From Strigamia acuminata (lineage: Eukaryota), in NCBI GenBank assembly GCA_949358305.1, contig OX442314.1, forward strand, positions 19,654,001 to 19,718,000: DNA of 64,000 nucleotides. Direction: 5' to 3'. Shown here in pieces: positions 42,243 through 55,513 of the stretch. A program made the position numbers and the translations under genes. The notes below the pieces were generated by a model. The model did no database searches, had not been told where the DNA came from, and was given only the letters and a program-made list of their open reading frames with translations. Each line of letters opens with the position of its first letter. Within the stretch, counting starts at the first letter, position 1.

Positions 42243-45183
42243 TATTTTGTGAAATGTAAATCTTGCAGATATTTGTTTTTATACTGCAGCTAAAATATTG
42301 GATAGAGAGGTTTTAAAATTCCTGAATATTGTTTATCCATTTAAATGTTGTTTTTCGTCATTTTTAATGTTTTTGTATACGAGCTTTTTTGCAAAGGCAT
42401 ACAAATGGCAAATAATTTAATATAGCTATTGAGTGAAAAGGAATTTGATTGACATGCAGGTTTTTTTAATGTTCCAATCTTACTTAAGTTGTCATCTTCC
42501 CAGATGACATGAAAAGAAAATGCTTTGCACAGTCGTGACAAGCAGCACGACACAAAGTACAACACATTTTCTTTTTAAAGAGGAGTCATACTCTCTTAGT
42601 CTTGCCAGACATAGCAAAACACTAATTGGCTTGTATGTTAACTTTGCACTTGTTGGCATCTGTTGGCAATAAATTTTTTGGCCAGACTGAATAATATGGG
42701 GGCCAGTTTCATCTGGTGTCATCTGGCGAGAATAAACAAAAATAAATATAACCGGGGAAAAAGTTGTTGGATAAATAAGAATGAAAGCTTTCTTTTATTT
42801 GACGCCCACTTTCCATTTATTTTGTCTAATTCACAGAAATTTTTTTAATATTATTCCCTGTAAAAACAAACATTATTTTTATGAGGAGAAATTACGACAT
42901 TGTGTCATGAGGGAATCATAAAGACACCTTGTAATCAATAAAATCTCATAAATTTTCTCGAGTGACGAAGAAAATGGCAGTAATGGAGAGCTAAAAAGAA
43001 AGAACGAGGAGGAGGTTAGTGCTGTGGACACGATCTCAGTCTGATTAAGCTGGACTTGTGTGTCAGCAATGATTGGCCTAGAGGCTCGCACTTTTCTTGC
43101 GCTGCCATAAAAATCACTCCATAATGCGCCCAGAAAATCAATACCCTCTTGATGCTTTAAGAAGACTGAAAAAAGGGATAAGAAATTGCCCTCTTATCAT
43201 TTGCTCGGTGTATGAAAGGATTGCTCAAGAATTCATTCGGATACACGCAAAATGATGTTTGGACGGCTACAAAGGTATCGAGAAGGATTTTGGCATGTTT
43301 GAGGCTGCTTTTGATGGCAAGGCAGGTTGAATATTGATGAGTTTTTTACTGGGGGTATTAATAATTTAGAGTTTTAGTCAGGAGAATTCCTATTTGTGAA
43401 TAAAAATTTGAATATCTCGAGGTGCGTTTCAATCTGGGAAAAGTGGAAACGCATTTAAACTTCTCGTAAATGGATGAATGGTGTTTGAAATCAATTATGT
43501 GCGCAAGTGCAGAGATCAACCGTCAAGAAAAAGGATATTTTAGTCGTAAAAAGTTATGACCAGCAGGACAAGGAAAAGATATAAATGGAGATGCAGATTT
43601 AATCAGTGTGATATTGGTTGCTGGGTAATTGTAAATGTTCGATTTCGATTATATTTTGTGACGATTGTCATGGAATTGTTTGGGGATGAAAGTTTGTAAG
43701 ATATGTGCGATTTAATTTTGGTGGCGACCTCTGCGGTTGCGTTATGAAACCACTTGAACAATGGCGCACCTGCTGGCCCAGGTAGAATGGACTCGACTGT
43801 TTGCCAATTTAATTAACCGCGTTGAGCCCCGTGCGTTTTGTGGAAATGGCTTTAATTACTTAATTGGCTGACAAATAGCAGAAGGCCAGTCATTACGTTA
43901 TCCAGCAGCGTTTCTGTTTCAAACTTCCGGCCACCATTTTGTTGTACTGTTTTTTTTTTTAATTGGTAAGAGATAAAGAAATGCATAAATTAGAAATCTT
44001 TTGTTTTATTGCTACATATTTACAATGTGTTAGTAATGCCTGAATTATTTTGCTTTGAAGCGCTTCTTTTATCTGCTCTAAAGGGAAAAGAAATTTGCCC
44101 ATTTTAATGACATCATTTTACGATGCATTCTTTTCACATCTTTTGTTTTCTTTTTTTCCTTTCTTCTTCTTCTTTTGCAACAAGTGCAATTATCAGGTAA
44201 TAGCGAAAGATTATTAAAATGTGATTATTATGTAAGGAGATTAAATGAATAGGGATTTGTAGACCAGATCCGGAAGTCAAGGCGAGCTCGTGTGTTTGGG
44301 ATTGGGGCGATAATTTCGTTTTATGTACACGCACTTTGCTGTGATGTAAAATAAATTGCAATTCTGGCGCCTCTATACATCAATGTGACCATGAATGAAA
44401 TATTAAAATGTTGTCACTTGACAATAATGATGTATTTGCAATGAATTATTAGCCAATTTTTCTGAAATAGTTCACTTTTTAATATCCAGCTATTGTCCCT
44501 TATTTCTGAATTTTCTGGCTTTATGATTAGCACTAAACGTTGACGGTGAATTTTAAAAAAAATCTATATATTGTTAATGCGGTACTGGCGCAAGAAAAAT
44601 GGCTGTAGGTTTTTCCCAGGCACACCATTTATTTGTTTTATTGTTTCTATACAACAATCAAACTGATTCTGGAAAATAATAGCAAATAAAGTCTAGAAAT
44701 GGGGATATGTTAACGTTATTATACAGTTTTATAGCTGGCTTATACGAGGTTATCTCGTATAAGCTTATGGCACCGAATACGGGTAATGCATCTCGAGATC
44801 CCCTTTCCACCAACTCAATGTAATGAACTGATGATTAGGCCATGTGACATTGGCAGCAGTTGGGGTTATTAGGGGCTGAATGGATGGTTCCCCTGTTTTA
44901 TTATCAAACAGGCATCTCTCTCGGCCATTGTGTGTTGAAGGAGGGGACATTGATTAGGTTTGGCACACCAGAAGACATCTCTGCGTCTGCGTAATAATGG
45001 TACACGAACCGGAAGCTGTATGGTGGAAGAAGGGGTCTGCGGTTGCAATTAAGTGTTAGATTGCTAATGGCGGTGCCCGTCATTTCTGATTAACTTATAT
45101 TACCTGTTTGGAAAAGATGAAATTTGCAATTGGACGCCCATGTTTTTCGGTTGTGGGGCGACGGGTGGACGTGGAAAAGTGGG

Positions 45184-45310
45184 ACACGTGTTTACATGCC
45201 AAAAAATAATCGACTTGAAGCAAATGTTATCGTATTTGCTCAACGAAGCGTATTTTCTTTGTCTATGTGCCAAAATATCATCGAGATAATATTTGGCATG
45301 TAAACAGTGT
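45184..45310. repeat. Inverted repeat / MITE-like hairpin
   Basis: Perfect 15-bp arms tgtttacatgccaaa (45189-45203) and tttggcatgtaaaca (45292-45306), extended by acac/gtgt. Confidence 0.55.
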
Positions 45311-48300
45311 AATCGGTAGTACGTATTTGCGAAGGAAGTGATGTTTTGACTCGTGTTTCATGTAAACGAGAAGAATTTGTTGTAAAAATCACTTAATGGA
45401 TGGGAATAGATTTTGGTGTAGTGCAAGGCAAAAAAAATCGATAAGGAGGTGTGGTGTTGAGTGTTAGCTAGAGAGGGTAGCGAGGTGATCCAGACTGAAT
45501 TTCCCAGGATTAGCTGTGCCCCCTATTGGTCATTGTGGCGTGTGATAGAGTGAGGGGCGAAGATAGCATAGGCCTCGGTGCTGCTGGACTATAAGATAAA
45601 ATGTAAACAGGGTGCTTGTGTGTTTGTCCAGAGTGTGAGGGGAATTTATAAAGAGGGATTCGCTCTGTGCCTAGTGAAATGAGTGGCAAGGAAGTTTGTG
45701 TTTGGAGGGAATTAATTTTGACATATGTTAATTGAATTTGTTTGAGTGACTGTGAAAGGTAAATATTTTCTTCTTTCCTTCCTTTTTTTTTTTTTTTTTT
45801 TTTTTTCGTTCTCAATCTTGTTTGTGGTCTGGAAAATGGCAAGGGTCCAAAATTTCATTTTCGTCAGGTGTAGAGTTTCTCTAGGTGTGTAAATTGGATT
45901 TGTAGTGTCTTTATTTTATTTGTCTTGGAGTTTATGAAAAGAAAAGGATTTAAAACGGCGGTTAAAAGTGCACGGAATTTGAAAATTTCGATTTTTATTT
46001 GATTTTGTTTATTATTTTGCTGGATTTATCGATGGGAGCCGATGAGTCCTCGATTTTTATTCGGTTATTTCTATTTTTTCGCTCTTTGTTTTTGGTCTGG
46101 AAAGCGTGCTGCCTTTGCTGTCTCTTTTTTTTTCGTTTCCTTCTATATTTATCTCTGGATGTGTATATTTCCTGTTGTAGCAGAACAAATGGCTGCCGAG
46201 GTCAGTGTTTATGGGTTATGTCTCTTTGGATATCCTCAGAGGACCTAACCCTCCCTGGTTTTCCAGCCCTGGTGCTTCCCCTTGGAACTTCTTGAACCCC
46301 TTTGGCCTCACTTCAAGTCCCTTAGTTACCCCCCGAGGCTTGTAAACCTAATTTTTAAGTGTACCCAATTTACATTTTAATTGAAATTTAATGATTTGCA
46401 ATCTAATTTACGGCAACACCGCAAGGACGGGTATTTATAAATATTGAAAATTATATTTTAAATAAAAAATAATTAAATTTAATACATTTTGTTTTATGTG
46501 TTTTTTTAATTTTTTTTTTAAACTAAAACTGGAGATGAAAAAATGTGGTTGGAAAAAAATGTTTAAAAAAAAATTAATCTAAAAGGTGCTGGGGTCTGTA
46601 ACTAATCGCCTCGTTTTATCATAAAGCAGTGGATTACATTTAAAACCTCATCCGACATTAATTTCTAAATATCAGGAGTGACTTAAAGGCTGATGATTAA
46701 TGCCCCGCATTTGGTAATTCGCTTATGTGGATGCGATGATCATAATTCGTAGTTTAAAGTACATAAAAGGAGATTTACGCGTAAATTAACGAGTATTCTC
46801 CGTGTATGGATGTACATATATATAAATTTCTTTGCTTCAAATCCTACCTCTTCAAGTATGGCACAGTTCCTCCCAAATCCGCTAGGTGTCGACCCTAATC
46901 AGATCATCAGCTGTTCCGTGGGGGAGAAACGAGCCACAGCCAATCAATAAATGTGCAGCCGAATGGATCGGCTCAACAGACGCTGCGCCCTTTACACGGA
47001 TTTTTGGTTGGGTTTCAGGCAGACATGTTGGTTGTTGTTTCTCTTGTTCAAAAATGACTTTCCATAGTAATTGTCATTTAGGTAATTGATTTTTTTTTTA
47101 AGTCAAGGTTTTAAGTGGATTTTAAAAGATGAAAAATTGAATTTTTTTTTAAAATTTTTTTTTTTGGAATTTCTTTTTGAAATTTTGATGCTAATTGCTG
47201 TTGGCGTTTAATGTAACAGTATGGGGTATTTGGCGAGGACCGGGTGTGAATAAAAGAATGGTTAAAAAGGTTTTGAGTGTGGGGCGACCATTGTAATCGT
47301 ACAGTTTAATCAAGTTCAGTTAAATCGCATCCTGTGGTGTGAGCAATGATTTCAAGCGAGTGAGTAGATTCTAATCAATTGGACAACTTAGACAATTACA
47401 GTTAGTTTGCTCGTGACCATGTTAAATTGAACAATTGGCTTGCCCACTACCTTTGTTCGCATTTTATATAGCACGTGACCAATCAAGCGGAGAAAACCTA
47501 TTTATAATTTAAAATTCTACATACAATCGATTTTAAATCGTGTATATATATAGTTGGATGAAATGGAACCACTCGTCGTAAAAGTTAAATAATAATAATT
47601 ATCATTATAATTGATGGTGAAATTCCAGTTTTATTAAATTTTAAAATGGCCGACAAGGAAACAGTAAATAATAAGTGTTAAATTCTAATGCTACGTGATT
47701 TCGAGATAAGGAATTTAAATTATTATGGCATCTGAAATTTCTGGTCGTGATAATTTAGCAAAACGTTATTTTTTTTTTTTATTGAGTGAAACAAATTCGG
47801 TTTGAGCCGTTTGGCCTCATATGTCAAGTAATTAAAAGTCAAAGATGTCAGACGTTGTGAGGTGAATACAAATGCGTTTGGAGGTCAAGAAGGTGCAGAA
47901 GCATTCGAAAGAACAATGTTTGAATTGCATAGGAACTGGTGTTCCGTCTTTATCCTCGTGAAATGAAGAAAAATAGAAGCGGCAGTTGATTCCGTCGAGT
48001 TTTAAAAGAGGAAATGAAATGCAAGGGGAATTAATTTGCTGAGCACTTCCTCAAAGTGAAATGTGGTGAGAGTTTTCACAACCCATTTGAGTGGATTACA
48101 CTTAATTGGTAAGGGAGAAAATGTTTATTTTATTCGCTTGTTGTGAGGATGATCCTTTGTATTTATTCATTTATTTATTTAATTAATTTAAAGAGAGAGA
48201 AAAAATTGTTGGCGCGGCCTTGCTAACCTCGTTTGGAACGTTAATGCGAGGATTATAGATTGGATATGTTTTGTGTGGATTGAAAATAGCGGAATCTGGT

Positions 48301-49539
48301 GAAAAGTATATTTTTTTAGTGGAAAAAAATTGTGATGAAAATGCAAATTGACAGGAAAATGAGTTAAAAGGATGTTTGTTTGAGGGAAAATGTGGAGGCA
48401 AATAAAAAGATAATTAGACTTAGGGTTTAGAGTGTGTTAATTTGGACTTTGAGAGGATGCATTTTTGCTAATTGGTCTTCTGATTAAATTAACAAGCTTT
48501 TCTCGCACATTACCCGCACCGGGGACACATCGAGGATGATGGGAAGGGCTCGAAATTGCAACTTCCTGTTTTGGCACGCCCTCTCTTGCTGGTTTTTCTA
48601 AAGTTTGTCACGATGTAGTGCCATAAATATTATTAATATTTTTTTTTCGTGTGTTGTCTGAGGTTATTGCGTTTTGAATTGCGTTTTGCGGGTCGGTCTT
48701 CAAATATTTATATTGGAGTTGAATGGAATTATAAATTATGGTAGTCCTGGATTTACATTGAATGTTTTCTCTTTCGATGTTTTCCTCAATTGTATCATAG
48801 CATCTGACGAATGTTATTTGCAATGGAAAGTGATAAGCACAAAGGTAGAATAGAGATAAGCTTTTCTTTATAAAGGTATCTACTTCAGCAGATTCATATT
48901 GAGATAAAATAAGGGGGAAAATGTAATTTATGCCATGATGTTATCCATTTTTATTATTTTTGGGTAAATGTTGAGTTAAAAACGAGATTGAACATTAAAG
49001 ACAAAATGTTTTGCAAAATTTGAAGGAAATGAGGATATAATTTTTTTTTGAAATGATTGAAACTAATAATAGATCGAATTTGTATTATGTTAGTGCTTTG
49101 TTTGATTGTACGAGGAAAGTTATTTTGACAGATAGGGAATTTGTTTTGTTACGGGATGGAAAATTTCGATTGGATACTTTAAAACGAAAGTTTGCGTCAT
49201 AAGATCTATAAATGGGTTTTGCTAGCAATTAACATCGGTTTTAATTTTTTTGTCGTTTGTGTACAGTAAATACTCTCCTGATTGACGTCAAAAGCGCTTT
49301 GAGGCTTTTTTCCAAACCAAAAAAAAAAAAATGTTTATGTATTGCTTCATATCAACTGAAGTATTAAATTTGATAAAACATATTTTTTTTTTTAAAATCA
49401 ATAGAGAAAAAAATGATTTCAAAATTCGAAATTTTAGAGTTTTAAATTTTTTTTAAAAAAATTTAATTTTTTTTTTTTAAATAAAAAAAAAACCAATCAT
49501 GTGTGTACATATTTTTTTTTCTAACATTTTAAACACCCC

Positions 49540-50077
49540 CACCAACATAGTTCCATCGAGTCTCACCGCGTTCACGGCGTTCCCGGTAGGCGGAGCCGGC
49601 TCTCCCTCTTTCTATGTGAGGAGGCATTAGTAATTTGGGTGTAGGCGCTGGTGCAGCTGGCGACGACGAGCACCGCTTTTGTGATTGGCACTTGGAGGCC
49701 CCTTTTCTGACAGATCATGTTAATCAATACAATGTAAATGTTTCCGAGTGGCAGCCACGACGCTTGCGTCTCTTCTTCGGTCTTTAGTTTGAAGTATGGC
49801 GGAGGTCAGCAGGCACTGGAGGCCGGCACACGAGCTTGCGGCTCGTCGGTGACGCCGTATCAGCGTGTGGAGTGAGTTCGTCTGGGTCTGGGAGCTCCGT
49901 GCAGCCACCATGTTTGTGTGTGGTGCCGTGTGCCCTGGTTGATATCGCAAGTGGTTTTTATACGTAACTCGACTCGACTGTTTCAAGTGGATTTGTAGTG
50001 AAGTGTTGTGTCACTGGATCTTTTTCACGTTTCACATGTATTTCTAAATAGTGGATTATTGTGCAAATTCGTATCGG
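49540..50077 (+). promoter_or_regulatory. CpG/GC-rich island: candidate internal promoter and alternative first exon
   Basis: Sharp GC- and CpG-rich island in an AT-rich intron, preceded by a poly-A/T tract; Inr-like TTAGTT at 49784; donor-like CGG|GTACGG at 50078. Confidence 0.5.
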
Positions 50078-53000
50078 GTACGGTATTGGTTTTTTCCTGC
50101 TTTTTCCCCATCTTTGTTTTTAAATCTATTTATTTATTTCGTTCTCGAATGGGGTTAATGTTGGTGGAAGACTAATATTGTTTGAAATTGTGTTTACTTC
50201 TGTAATTGTCGTGTCGAATTAAGAGTAATTTTCGGAATTGGGTTGATGAGTTTGGGAACATTTATAAACAGCAGCCGTGATGTAAAATGAAGGTTAAATA
50301 ACAGTAGATGTGGGTTTATTTTTTTATTTTTGTTTTATTTTTTGCTGTTGAAATTGTTTGTTCTGACGTTTTATACGGGGCGAAATAATATTATTCTCGT
50401 AAATTTACAAATGCTCTTTAAAACATCTAATTAAAAGCTTAAAACTTTTAAAAGTAAATTTTTATTCGCTGTATAAAAGAAGGTAATTGTCGTGATAAAA
50501 ACAGGAAAAAAAAACATTAAAAAATTAAAACCTATAAAAATACAGACAAGGTATTAACGAAAGGAAATTGCTTTTAAGTAGCACCACCAGATGGCTGATG
50601 CATTGCATTCTTTTAACACGCATTAATAAATTAACATGTTAGTGCACGTGTAATTTATTCGGTCTCATCCGCCCACATATACTTTTTTTCCCTTATTTTT
50701 TGTTTGTACATTAAGATAATCCAATATGTTTTCGACTCTACTGTTACTGAACCTCGTTTTAGGGTTATAATGTTTAATGTTGTTTGAAACGCAATCGTGT
50801 TTTGTGATGTTAATCTCTGGTGCTAATCTCCCAAACGAGAATGAATAGGCACCTGGGAACGTATAAATATTTCAAGTGCTTTGTGCTTCCACCTTCATTT
50901 GTACGGCGAAACTGGAATCTTAATTTAAATTTTTATTCTCAGGAATGTAATGGTGGAAAAAACATGAGTTACTAAGGTCTTTGAGGTTGCGCAGCGTTTG
51001 GAGTTGAAATGTAATCTTTAAGTTGACATTTTTTTAGTTCAAATAAGGAACAAGGGTCTGCCAAATGAAAAAAAAAGAGTAAAAGTAAATTATTTTGATA
51101 TTTAAATAGAGAATTAGGATAAAATAAAGAGGAAAATGGATTTTTCTTTATTTTTTTTTATTTAACTAGAAAAATAAAGTGGGAAATTGGTTAGCTGTTG
51201 TAATGAATTATGTGTGTTTAATAGGATTGTAGGGAGATAATAATTTTAGTGTGAAATGTGTTTTAGGTTAATTGGTTTGATGGAGTAAATTAATTGGAGA
51301 GTCGAGAGTGAAACCCCAATTTTTTTTCTTCTTCCTTTCTTGCTTGATGAGAAAATTGGAATTAGAAATGAATTTTGACGTGTGCTAAATAGTGATGGAG
51401 GTTTTAATGCACGGTTATTAAGAGAAGGAGAGTGTTATGTGGTAATTTTGGTTGGGCTATGAATGGTGGATTAATTATTTTGGGATGAGAAAAAATTAAT
51501 TTGTGAAATTAGGCCTAATTTAGGTTGCTGTGTGTATATGGCCTTGTGGGAAAATTGGAAGGTTTTGACAGAGGAGAAAACCTTGAAATAAATTTCACAT
51601 GTGGCCATGTGATTTCTTTTTTAAATGTTTTTTGTTTTTTGTTTTTTTTTGTTCCTAGATAGAGAATTTCCTAGTATTTATTGTTTAAATTGTTTTTTTA
51701 AAGGTACAATTTATTTTAGCAAATTGTGCTGCAGCTATTTGTAAGTTGATGATGAAAAGTGGCTTGTCTACACAGTTTGAAGTAATGAGGGGACAAAATT
51801 ACAAACAAACAAAAACGTTTGTTTACATGGGAAATATTTTTTTTTACTGTGATTAATAAGTTGGCAAGACTTTTGCCAACCAAACTTAGCTCTGGCATCT
51901 GCTTGTGTATTGAAAGAGTTGTTGGCAGAGGCCTTTATTTGAAATATATTTTAAGGGCAAAGGCATCACTTTTGCCGAAGACGTGCATGTCTTTTGGCTA
52001 AGTGCAGCATCAATTCACATTTGTTTACTGCAAACCAAGCGAGCGGTTATTTCAAGTGTTTGCGCCATTGAAAACAAAAAAAAAATCGAGTTAAGAGACA
52101 CTTGAAAAAGATAGTAACTGTCATCCTAATTATGTCTGTAAAAGTAGCAGTGTCATTACAGCGGATGGCCTGGTTTGGAATAAAGCAATTGTGTTTTTAT
52201 TGGTTCGGCGCTGCTTGAATTTAATTGACGATTTTGAAACTGATTAATACTTTTATAATATGTCCAATTATTGCTTGAATTAGGCGTGCTGGAAGTATAT
52301 ATATTTTTTTATATTATAAATTTTGGATTTTGAAAGGGATATTTGATACCATGTGCTGAGTAAGGAAACTAAATATGAAAAAAATGAAAGAAACCGAATA
52401 CCTGAAATTAAAAAAAAAACTGAATATCTAGAATTGAAGAAACTAAATATCTAAAAGTAAGAATTAATAACGTCTGCTTCTTGTATCAGTAGATTTGGAG
52501 TAAGTTATAGGTCACCAAACCACAGAAAATTCGTGGTCGGATGACCAATTTGAAAAGTAATCTTAGAATACCAACCGGTGTAATTGAATCGATTAAATTC
52601 AAACCGAACGAGCTTCGAAAAACATGGAGTTGGTTGGTTTATCATTAAATTTTGACGTATAAACGCGAGTTACATGCGAGTTTGGATGTAGATATCTTTG
52701 TAACACATTTTGAGTTGTGAAAAAATCGTAAAAAATATACGTATATATTCATTTACAAGAAAAGAAACTGCATTTGAAAAATTCAAGATGGCTGCTTAAA
52801 AATGTATCAAAACTAACCGTCGCACAACGTGCCATGAATAAATGCATCCAATTTTTGCGCACAACGTTAGGCAAAGTAATTGAATATACGGTGTTACTTG
52901 TGTTTGTAAAAAGTAGCAACACGAAATTGAATTCTGCTCGAATTTCCTAAATAGTTCGGTATCCAGGAGAATAACATTGAGAGGAGGACATTGTTTTTTT

Positions 53001-54868
53001 AAGTGGTCGAATGGGTTTCAAGTTAAATCCAAAATGGCCAGAGTTGGCTTGTAGCTGATACTGAATTTCAAATAGGTCCGTGGTAATATTGGACGCCCTA
53101 AGGCCGGTGGTGCTGAAGGTAGCTTTTGTTCAGTATCTGGAGCCGGTAGGCCTAACAAGCTTTTGAAAGCGTTCACTTGGATGGAAAAATCCCGCCCTCT
53201 ACAGGACTCTTTGGGAGAGTAGTCGTGCCAAAACCACTGGTGTTAGCTGACTGAATTTGAGAAAGAGTGAGAGAGAAAGGGAAGAAGAATGATGAGGGGA
53301 GAAAATGGCTGATTTATTTCTGCTGGAATTGCGTGCGACTGTACAGGGAATTTAAATATGGCCAACATTTAGAGTGAAGTTTGTTGACCAATATGCTTGT
53401 TGTGGGTCTTGTACGATGACAATTTACGGGTGAAAGCGCATTAGCTGCAAATGGCGCTCTGGCCTGTATGTTGGTGGGTGTTTGTATGTTATGAGTCTGC
53501 TCACTGTCGCCAGATGTCGCTTTTATTTTTTTTATTGGCTTATTATACCGAGATCCTAGCTAGGTGTATTAATTTTAAAGGTGCTAAATATTTTAGCTAA
53601 TTCTTTAAAGGTTTTAGATTGGTTTTTGTCAATTTAATTAAATAAGATTGTTGACATTTATAGGCTCAATCACGAATTAAATTGACAACTGTTGTGGCTT
53701 GTAGGCAATAAGGACCTAATAGAGAATTTGTGGAACGGTCTTATACTACTTAACACCAATAAGAGTGAGTTTGTTTGGGTAGAAAATATTTGTTGCATCT
53801 GCGGATAATTTATTAGAAATTAAAACGTTGCAAAGAAGGACAAAGTGAAAGGTTTAATGAATTAATACTGAAAATTAGTTTCCGGCGTGTTGTAAATTTA
53901 TTTTTCAAACAAATGTTAAAAATTAATTGATTTGTCAAGTTGATTCCTGCGCGAAATAAATCTATTCTTGTGGGTTAGGAATTGAGATGGGGAATCTTTT
54001 CTTTGCAGCGCAATCCTAAGCTGGAAAATGGACTCTTCGTATCAGGGTATTGATTGGACGTCGGGTGGCCTCCCTCTTTCTCTTTCATAATTGTTGTATT
54101 AGGATGTGTTGACAAGTGTCTTTACACTCTCATTACCAACACAATAATTGTTCCTTTTCAACCATGTCAACACACCTCTTGCCACACCACCACTCCTCCC
54201 ATTTCCTCTAAACAAACACATACTACTCTTATGAGACTAGATAATCTTACAGAAAGAACGAATAAAACTTTAAGACTGTGATTAAGAAACAGATTATAAT
54301 GAGAAGGGTTGGAGGGGAAATGTTGAGCTACTAATGACAATGAATGCAAAATGAAGGCAAATGGAATATTAATCGTCTTTACTGCTCCGTTAATTATACA
54401 GATTTGAACAGCACGAAAATGCTACTGAACCGAAAACAAAAATAAAAAAAATTTGTTTTTTGTTTTTAGAAACTACGAAAACGCATTTTAAACTCGTTCC
54501 AGGCTTCGTTTTATCAAGGTTCAGCCATTGCTTATTAATAAATTAAAAGAAGAAAATTAAAAAATAAAATAAAACATGAACATTCGCCGGAAACCTATGA
54601 CATGAAAGTATATTAAAAAATAACTCAATATTTTTTTTAAAGAATTAGGTCTTGTTTCTCGTTCTTTTACAGGTTTTTTTTTCTTCTCCTAAGGGGTAAA
54701 AAGTAATTTTTTCGAGGGGGAGGAGTGGGGGTGTCGTGCTACAGGCGGAATTTCTGAAATTGGAAATTTAAAGGGATGCAAATACTAAGTTGAATTATTA
54801 AATCGTATATATTTTGTTGCGTTATGTATTTCTAAGTGGCTTAAAATTGTTTTTGTTTGTTTTTGTAG

Positions 54869-54949
54869 AAACGGTTCATCAAGGGGTTGCGGCAACATGG
54901 AAAGAACTTTTTCCGGATTCGAAAAGATTTGTTGTCCCACAAGGAAACG
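54869..54949 (+). CDS. RERE: Atrophin/RERE coding exon 9 (SANT), 81 nt
   Basis: tttttgtag acceptor; [27 protein letters not shown], similar to [31 protein letters not shown]; donor GTAAGT, phase 0. Confidence 0.97.
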
Positions 54950-55422
54950 GTAAGTTGGTCATTGTTTGTGTTTACTTTGTGCGGGGCAAGTGTTTAACGT
55001 TGTTGAAGGCCTTTGATAAATGTGTGCGTTAATAGTGCTAACATTTGTGCTTGTGTCGGGAGGTTTATCAGATGTGTCGAGCTTTCTGTGGGACTTTTAA
55101 TTAGCGGTCGCGTTTTGGCAACTGACCACCACAATTAATTCCTAATCAATTTTTGTTGCTGCATCGTTTCATGCTTGCTCAAATTCGTTACGCTGGAAAT
55201 CAAATTGAAATTCAGATTTAACTAATAGAATTTTGTACCTTCGAGTTGTATGAAGATGAAGACATTTTGTGCGATATTTCTTGGGGTTGTTTGATGTTTT
55301 TTAACGTCAAATAAAACTTTAATCAGTTATTAACATGAATTCTCTAGTAGAATGCAGGTGTTCTATTGACAAAAGCTAATTTCTTCCCAATATTTTTTTT
55401 AATGTTCTTGTTTTAGTGTTAT

Positions 55423-55513
55423 TTTAGTCGTTTGTGTAATTTAGATATTGAATTTAGTCGTTTGTTTAATTTAAATATTGAATTTAGTGATTTTGGTTAA
55501 TTTACATATTGCA
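55423..55513. repeat. 30-bp tandem repeat, 3 units
   Basis: tttagtcgtttgtgtaatttagatattgaa / tttagtcgtttgtttaatttaaatattgaa / a diverged third unit. Confidence 0.8.

Noticed and set aside
50165..50200. TGGAAGACTA, identical to the 5' end of miR-7
   Set aside because: Match stops after 10 nt and no convincing precursor hairpin.
52360..52470. Degenerate A-rich tandem repeat considered as a CRISPR-like array
   Set aside because: Eukaryotic intron, irregular diverged units, no unique spacers and no cas genes.
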